NCBI GenBank assembly: GCA_964385255.1
Contig: CAYLOH010000001.1
Span: 58,792-122,791, forward strand
DNA: 64,000 nt
Origin: an uncultured Rubrivirga sp.
GTDB taxonomy: Bacteria > Actinomycetota > Actinomycetes > S36-B12
Reading direction: 5' to 3'
Positions 58,762 through 64,000 of this stretch are shown in pieces. The translations under genes and the position numbers were made by a program. The notes under the pieces were generated by a model, which saw only the letters and a program-made list of their open reading frames with translations, had not been told where the DNA came from and did no database searches. Each line of letters starts with the position of its first letter. Position 1 is the stretch's first letter.

Positions 58762-59370
58762 TTAGTCGTGGGCCAGGAGGGCCTCGACCTCGTCCGCCAG
58801 ACCACCCCGCCCCACCGGGACGACGGTCAAGGGCAGTCCCAGCGCATCGGCCGCTTCGCGCGCCGCCGCCGCAAGATCGGGGTCATCCGGTCGGGTCGCC
58901 AGCCACACCACATTCCGATAGTTCCCGAAGTAGTCCTCCCGCAAGTGCGGGTAGCGATCCAGGCCCAGTTCCACGATGACCGATCGGTGGAATCCACGAA
59001 CAAGGAAATCGGTCAGCAGATAGGTGCCCGGCTCCTTCGCCATGAGGTCGCGCACCCGTTCCGGGCCGGCATACACGTCGTAGCAATGCTGCCCACCGAG
59101 TCGAGTGACGCCGTGGCGCTCGCACACATCATCGAGCGACCCGTAGGTGCCACAGTCGGCATAGGCGATACCGACTCGCTCGTAGTCGTTCTTGATACGA
59201 AGCAACAACTCCTCCACGGCCGAGGAAATCCGCTCCGGATGGTTGTGTAGCAGTGGCGGCAAGGGGTAGACGGTGACCCCCCAACCATGTTGCCGGTCGA
59301 GTTCGATCAGGTCGGAGGCCAGAGCCCCGCACGCGATGAGTGCGACATTGGCCCGCGCTGGATCGTTCAC
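58762..59370 (-). CDS. DUF1638 domain protein
   Basis: 202 aa containing VALIACGALASDL...YADCGTYG. Overlaps the upstream activase gene by 4 nt. As I recall, this family is usually found in corrinoid methyltransferase loci. Confidence 0.6.
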   Translation of the reverse strand: MNDPARANVALIACGALASDLIELDRQHGWGVTVYPLPPLLHNHPERISSAVEELLLRIKNDYERVGIAYADCGTYGSLDDVCERHGVTRLGGQHCYDVYAGPERVRDLMAKEPGTYLLTDFLVRGFHRSVIVELGLDRYPHLREDYFGNYRNVVWLATRPDDPDLAAAAREAADALGLPLTVVPVGRGGLADEVEALLAHD

Positions 59371-61295
59371 GAGACTGGGAAGGCCAGTTCCTCGACGAAT
59401 CGATCGTTGAAGTCCTCACGGTCGGACAATTCGACGTAGGTGATCACGTTGAGCAGTGAGTGGGCGCCGTTGCGCTCAGAGCCCGACAGCAGGACCATCT
59501 TCGCGCCCTCGCCGGCCACGTTCCCCGCACTGACCACGCGAGAGGCCGCGATCTTCGGAACCAAGCCGATTCGGATCGCGTTCTTCGGCGAGAGGTAACT
59601 GCCGAACGAGCCGGCCAGCAGTACCTGCTGAACGTCCTGCTCCTTGATTCCAAACTCCTCCAACAAGATCGCCCATCCGGTCGAGATGGCCGCCTTCGCG
59701 AACTGAAGTTCCCGCACATCGCGCTGCGAGAGATACACACCGTTCCCGGCGACCGGATCGCCGCTCAGAACGAAGATACGTTCCTGTCCACGCATCACCA
59801 GCCGATCGGCAACGTGCGGAGCCACTTTCGTCGCTTGCTCATCGGAGACGAATCGTCCCGACTCATCCAAAATGCCCACGCGTACCAATTCGGCGACCGC
59901 GTCGACGAGACCGGACCCGCAGATGCCCACCGCGTCGGCGCCGTCGATGCATTCGACGTGAACCCCGGATTCGTCGATGCGGACGACTTCGATGGCACCG
60001 GGGGCCGCTCGCATTCCGCACGCGATGGAGGCCGCTTCGAACGCCGGGCCCGCGGGTGCTGCGGTAGCCAGCAGTCGCTCACCGTTGCCCAGGATCATTT
60101 CGCAGTTGGTGCCCACGTCGATGAACAGCCGAACACGCTGATCCCGATCCATGCCGCACGCCAGGCCACCGGACACGATGTCGCCACCAACGTACGCACC
60201 CAAAGCTGGGAACAAGCACGCGCGAGCGCGCGGATTGACGTTGATGCCGAGTTCATCCGCCCTAGCGTCCGGGTAGTCCTCGGCCGCCAAGATAAAGGGA
60301 GCGACGCCCAGTGGCTCCGGGTCTATCCCCAGCGCGATCTGGACCATGGTGGCATTGCCCGCCACCGCGACCTGGTAGACCTCGGAGCGCTCTACGCCGG
60401 CTTCATCGCAGACCTCACCGGTCAATTCATCCAGCGTCTGATGCGCGAGCGATTGAAGTGTGTTCAACGCATCCGGGTCGAGCATGGTGGCGCTGATCCG
60501 ACTGATCACGTCAGCACCGAACCTTTGCTGCTTATTGAGCATCGACGAGACGGCCAGCGGCATGCCATTGGTCAGATCCAGCAACGTGGCCACCACCGTG
60601 GTGGTGCCGAGGTCGTAGGCGATTCCGAAGACCCGGCCGGATGTGTCGCCGGGCTCCACCGCGACGAGAACGTCATCGACCACGACGGCCGTCACCTGGA
60701 AGGAGGCAGAACGCAGTACTCGCGGCAGGGTGCGCAACACCATCGGATCGGCACTCGACGCGATATCCGTGATCGCATCCATGACACGGCGCAGGTCAGG
60801 GCGCTGATCGGTCAGCGTTGGCTCAGCCAGTTCCACGAAGCGCTTGAGGACTGTGGGTCGATGGATGACCTGTCGACCGACGCCCACGGTCGAGGCCTTG
60901 GGCCGGGTGGTGAGCGGAGGGACATGTACCCGAAGGTCGCCACTCGCCACCGCTTGGCAAGCCAGCCGCCACCCGGCCTGCAGCTCCTCTTCGGTGAAGG
61001 CGCGTGCGTCGACGCTGCCTACGGGTACGTCTCCGCGAAGGATCTGCACGCGACACTTTCGGCACGTTCCATGGCCCCCGCACGTCGAATCCACGGCGAT
61101 CGCGTTCCAACTCGCGACATCGAAGACGTTCACACCGACGGGAGCGCGGACGTGCTTGCCGGATGGCTCGAAGTCAATCGCCACGCGCGCGAGGTCCTCG
61201 TGACCACCGCCTTCGATATGGGGAATCTCGGGTCCGGGTTGGTCGACGAGGACGGTGGAGTCCTGGTTCCCCAAATCGGGGTGCTGATCGGCCAT
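59367..61295 (-). CDS. Corrinoid reductive activase (RACo-type: N-terminal 2Fe-2S ferredoxin plus ASKHA ATPase domain)
   Basis: Starts at ATG 61295. Has a plant-type ferredoxin motif (CGGHGTCRKCRV) and a long ASKHA-like C-terminal region (DLGTTTV, DVGTNCE). Confidence 0.8.
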   Translation of the reverse strand: MADQHPDLGNQDSTVLVDQPGPEIPHIEGGGHEDLARVAIDFEPSGKHVRAPVGVNVFDVASWNAIAVDSTCGGHGTCRKCRVQILRGDVPVGSVDARAFTEEELQAGWRLACQAVASGDLRVHVPPLTTRPKASTVGVGRQVIHRPTVLKRFVELAEPTLTDQRPDLRRVMDAITDIASSADPMVLRTLPRVLRSASFQVTAVVVDDVLVAVEPGDTSGRVFGIAYDLGTTTVVATLLDLTNGMPLAVSSMLNKQQRFGADVISRISATMLDPDALNTLQSLAHQTLDELTGEVCDEAGVERSEVYQVAVAGNATMVQIALGIDPEPLGVAPFILAAEDYPDARADELGINVNPRARACLFPALGAYVGGDIVSGGLACGMDRDQRVRLFIDVGTNCEMILGNGERLLATAAPAGPAFEAASIACGMRAAPGAIEVVRIDESGVHVECIDGADAVGICGSGLVDAVAELVRVGILDESGRFVSDEQATKVAPHVADRLVMRGQERIFVLSGDPVAGNGVYLSQRDVRELQFAKAAISTGWAILLEEFGIKEQDVQQVLLAGSFGSYLSPKNAIRIGLVPKIAASRVVSAGNVAGEGAKMVLLSGSERNGAHSLLNVITYVELSDREDFNDRFVEELAFPVS

Positions 61296-61309
61296 TGGTC
61301 GATGATCCC

Positions 61310-62167
61310 CTAGCCAGCGGCCTCGCGCGCGCGATGGGCCGCGATCCAATTCATGCCCCATTCGTCATTGCCGAGCATCAAGTCGGCTGCCTTGACGGCG
61401 GTGACGATCTGCGGGGTGCGCGCATCCATGATCGCGCTGGTCAATCCAGCGCCCATGGCCATCGGCAAGAACACCGAGTTCAGCGTGTGGCGATCCGGCA
61501 TCCCGAAGGACACATTGGAAGCGCCGAGCGTCATATTGACCCCGATATTGGTGGCGATCAGTTCGATCGTCTCCAACGTGCGAACGACCATCTGGGAGTC
61601 CGCGCCGATAGGCATCGCGAGGGGATCGATGACGATGTCCTCGATGGGGATTCCGTACTTCGAGGTTGCCGTGTCGACGAGGTATTGCGTCAACTCAAAA
61701 CGCCTCTGCGGGTCCTCGGGGATCTCCTTATCGTCGTTCGGCAGGGCGATAACCGCAGCTTGGTACTTCTTGACCAAGGGAAGGATCAGTTCCATGCGTT
61801 CGTCTTCGGCCGTGACCGAGTTGACGAGCGCCTTGCCCTCGTAGGCAGCTAGGCCGGCTTCGAGTGCCTCGACCACGGACGAGTCGATGCACAGCGGGAT
61901 ATCCGTGATTCCCTGGATCAGCCGAACTGCCTGGGCGAGTAGTGCGGCTTCGTCCACCAGCGGGGCACCCATGTTGACGTCGAGCATCATCGCGCCACCT
62001 GCAATCTGGTCGGCGACGTCCTTCTCGACGGCCGATAGATCCCCGGCGCGAAGTTGCTCCTGGAAGGTCTTGCGGCCGGTCGGATTGATTCGCTCCCCGA
62101 TGATGCAGAAGGGCTGATCCGGGCCGATGGTCACGGACTGGTTAGCCGAACTGACGATGGTGTGCAT
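61310..62167 (-). CDS. Methyl-THF:corrinoid methyltransferase (pterin-binding, MtgA/AcsE/MetH-module-like)
   Basis: 285 aa. Has IIGERINPTGRK, LDVNMG and GASNVSFG, the pterin-binding TIM-barrel signatures. Confidence 0.8.
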   Translation of the reverse strand: MHTIVSSANQSVTIGPDQPFCIIGERINPTGRKTFQEQLRAGDLSAVEKDVADQIAGGAMMLDVNMGAPLVDEAALLAQAVRLIQGITDIPLCIDSSVVEALEAGLAAYEGKALVNSVTAEDERMELILPLVKKYQAAVIALPNDDKEIPEDPQRRFELTQYLVDTATSKYGIPIEDIVIDPLAMPIGADSQMVVRTLETIELIATNIGVNMTLGASNVSFGMPDRHTLNSVFLPMAMGAGLTSAIMDARTPQIVTAVKAADLMLGNDEWGMNWIAAHRAREAAG

Positions 62168-62216
62168 GATGCTCCTGCCGTTGATGTGTGCTTCGACTGA
62201 TACGTGATTCAGGTTC

Positions 62217-63143
62217 CTAGGCGCTGCGCGCCGTTGTGCCAGATGCTGATGGACCGATGGCGACGTCCGTCACCAGGCGCTCCACGGTTCCGTCGTGGCG
62301 GAAATCCGTGACGTGGACACCGGCCACCCCCGGCAGCGCGAGTGCATGCTCCACCTGTTCGCGAACAACACGGTACGACTCCTCAGCCGGGTCAGCTGCC
62401 TGGGCGACGCGTTCGATGATCGATGCAGGTACGTGGATGCCCGGCACGTTCGACTCCATGAAGCGCAATGCACCCGCGGACTTGGTCAAGATCACGGTGG
62501 GCATCAATGCAGCCTCGTCAGCAACCCCGTTCTCCCGACACCCGTTCACGAAGGCTTCGAGCAATTCGGGTTGGTAGCCGATCTGCAGTTGCACGAAACG
62601 CGCACCCGCGTCCACCTTCATGCGCGCTCGGCGGATCCGCACATCGGCTGGCGGTGCGTAGGGGTTCTCCACTGCACCGATCAGCAGCTCAGTCGGATGC
62701 TTGAGGCGGCGACCCGAAAGGTAGTTACCGTCGGAAAGCCCCGACATGATCGAGATCAATTGCGGTCCGTCGATGTCGAAGACCCGGCGCGCCTCCGGTT
62801 CGTCACCGGCGGTCACGTCGTCGCCGGTGAGGGCGCAGAAAGTGGTGACCCCGTGCATCGAAGCGCCAACGACGTCGGCCTGGACGGCGATCCGATTCTT
62901 GTCACGACATACGACCTGCATGATGGGTTCAACGCCGAGTTGCTTCACCGCGATCGCCATGGCGACGTTGCTGGCATGTGCGTGGGCAGCAGGGTTATCG
63001 GTGATGTTCACCGCGTCCACGAACCCCCGGTACTGCATGAGGGTCTGGTCGACCGTCGACAGATCACCACCGTCCATGGCGGGGAACTCAGCCGTGACGA
63101 TGGGTCGCTCACGGGTGCGGACGAGATCACGAAAGGAGGACAT
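62217..63143 (-). CDS. metF: Methylenetetrahydrofolate reductase family protein (MetF-like)
   Basis: Starts at ATG 63143, sharing one nt with the upstream stop (TGATG). Shows MTHFR-fold features (VNITDNP, QLQIGY). Confidence 0.75.
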   Translation of the reverse strand: MSSFRDLVRTRERPIVTAEFPAMDGGDLSTVDQTLMQYRGFVDAVNITDNPAAHAHASNVAMAIAVKQLGVEPIMQVVCRDKNRIAVQADVVGASMHGVTTFCALTGDDVTAGDEPEARRVFDIDGPQLISIMSGLSDGNYLSGRRLKHPTELLIGAVENPYAPPADVRIRRARMKVDAGARFVQLQIGYQPELLEAFVNGCRENGVADEAALMPTVILTKSAGALRFMESNVPGIHVPASIIERVAQAADPAEESYRVVREQVEHALALPGVAGVHVTDFRHDGTVERLVTDVAIGPSASGTTARSA

Positions 63144-63517
63144 CAGTGGGTGCCCTGCCAGCCGGCCGGCGTTTGGCGGTCCTTGCCATTCATCAGGTTG
63201 ACCCACGACGAGTCGCCCTTGAGTTGATTGTTCACCGGTGGGCGCAGGTGCCCCACTTCCTCCCGCCAGGATTTCGGTAGCAGTGGCATGTTCTCCGCGC
63301 GATCATTCGCTTTGACCCACACGCATCGCATCTCCGGCTTCACCTCGCAATTGCCGTCTGTGCGAACTCCTCCGCATGGACCGTTTCGGAGGGTCTTGGG
63401 GCACGTCATCGGGCACGTCATGCCAGTGGAGTGCAAGACGCACTGTCCGCACATTTGGCAATCCCAGATGGGACCTTTGACGGCGTGCTCGACGATGGGA
63501 AGCAAGGAACGCAGCAT
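63143..63517 (-). CDS. Cys-rich MTHFR C-terminal-domain protein (MetV-like small subunit)
   Basis: 124 aa containing WDCQMCGQCVLHSTGMTCPMTCPKTLRNGPCGG. Confidence 0.7.
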   Translation of the reverse strand: MLRSLLPIVEHAVKGPIWDCQMCGQCVLHSTGMTCPMTCPKTLRNGPCGGVRTDGNCEVKPEMRCVWVKANDRAENMPLLPKSWREEVGHLRPPVNNQLKGDSSWVNLMNGKDRQTPAGWQGTH

Positions 63518-63519
63518 GA

Positions 63520-64000
63520 TCAGCTACCGGTTCGCGCCGCGAGCAGTTCCTTGGCCCGCCGTACCGCGGTCGCTGCGTCTGCGGCATAACCATCGGCACC
63601 GCAGACATCCGCGTACTCCTGCGTGACGGGAGCACCGCCCACCATGATGACGATGTCGTCGCGCAGGCCAGCCTTCTCGATCGCGTTGATGTTGACCTTG
63701 AACATCGGCATCGTGGTCGTCAAGAAGGCGGACATTCCAACGATGTCTGGCTTGTGTTCCTGAATCGCCTCGATGAACTTCTCCGGTGGGGCCTGCACGC
63801 CGATGTCGATGACGTGGAAACCCGCTCCTTCGAGCATGATGTTGACGAGGTTCTTCCCGATGTCATGGACGTCACCCTTGACGGTGCCCATCAAGAACGT
63901 GCCGACCGTTTCGGCACCGGTCTGCGCCAGAAGCGGACGAAGAACGTCGAGCGCGCCGGACATCGCCTTGCCCGCGATCAACATCTCCGGCACGAAGAAG
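63520..64000 (-). CDS. B12-binding corrinoid protein (5' end cut by the window edge)
   Basis: Has the DxHxxG motif (GDVHDIGKN), S-x-L (MSAFLTTT) and GG (VMVGGAPV). The reading frame stays open to position 64000, so the N-terminal cap domain is outside the window. Confidence 0.85.
   Translation of the reverse strand, partial: FFVPEMLIAGKAMSGALDVLRPLLAQTGAETVGTFLMGTVKGDVHDIGKNLVNIMLEGAGFHVIDIGVQAPPEKFIEAIQEHKPDIVGMSAFLTTTMPMFKVNINAIEKAGLRDDIVIMVGGAPVTQEYADVCGADGYAADAATAVRRAKELLAARTGS

Noticed and set aside
59460-61313. A 617-aa plus-strand ORF.
   Set aside because: It is fully antisense to the RACo-type activase gene, which has clear ferredoxin and ASKHA motifs. The translation is Arg/Gly/His-rich low-complexity with no motif. 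Similar shadow ORFs at 48150-49154, 16449-17657 and 36260-37471 were rejected for the same reason.

Overview
GC-rich, GC3-skewed, densely coded chromosomal DNA that looks actinobacterial. Evidence: a mycothiol-type amidase Mca, a DUF4307-GreA pair, and eno-ftsB-DUF501-ppx and cbs/metB blocks ordered as I recall them in Mycobacterium. I call about 70 CDS and one tRNA. I saw no rRNA, CRISPR array, IS element or integrase. All family names come from reading motifs in the supplied translations; no database search was run.

Layout:
- 1-14.5 kb: housekeeping and membrane genes (Na+/H+ antiporter, UppS, SMR pump, SPFH/NfeD, HTH-TOBE regulator with modAB, Ung, SURF1, Mca, GreA).
- 14.5-25.3 kb: ABC-2 exporter, IlvA, a DUF2786/HExxH gene pair, and a divergent FGGY kinase | DhnA-type aldolase-oxidoreductase-MFS-secreted sulfatase cluster.
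- 25.3-31 kb: transsulfuration genes (metB, cbs) with msrA, a Bax-inhibitor-like protein and an atypical tRNA.
- 31-41.5 kb: a cebEFG-bglC-like beta-glucoside ABC operon, msiK-like ATPase, GH13 alpha-glucosidase and LacI regulator.
- 41.5-45.8 kb: ppx-DUF501-ftsB-eno, a 14-bp x6 tandem repeat, and a CxxC protein coupled to TspO.
- 45.8-64.0 kb: an uninterrupted minus-strand run of genes, cut by the window edge.

The most interesting feature is that last block. It contains a B12-binding corrinoid protein, MetV-like and MetF-like methylene-THF reductase subunits, a pterin-binding methyl-THF:corrinoid methyltransferase, a RACo-type corrinoid activase, DUF1638, GntR, a dimethylglycine-dehydrogenase-like flavoenzyme, EtfBA, formate-THF ligase, FdhD, an NAD-type formate dehydrogenase FdsGBAD and a small unknown protein. 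I read it as a methyl-group (probably glycine betaine or another quaternary amine) to CO2 oxidation system. Its substrate-specific methyltransferase probably lies just beyond position 64000.

Secondary oddities are a class-I-shaped tRNA with a UAA anticodon, the 14-bp tandem repeat, and the DUF2786/metallohydrolase pair.
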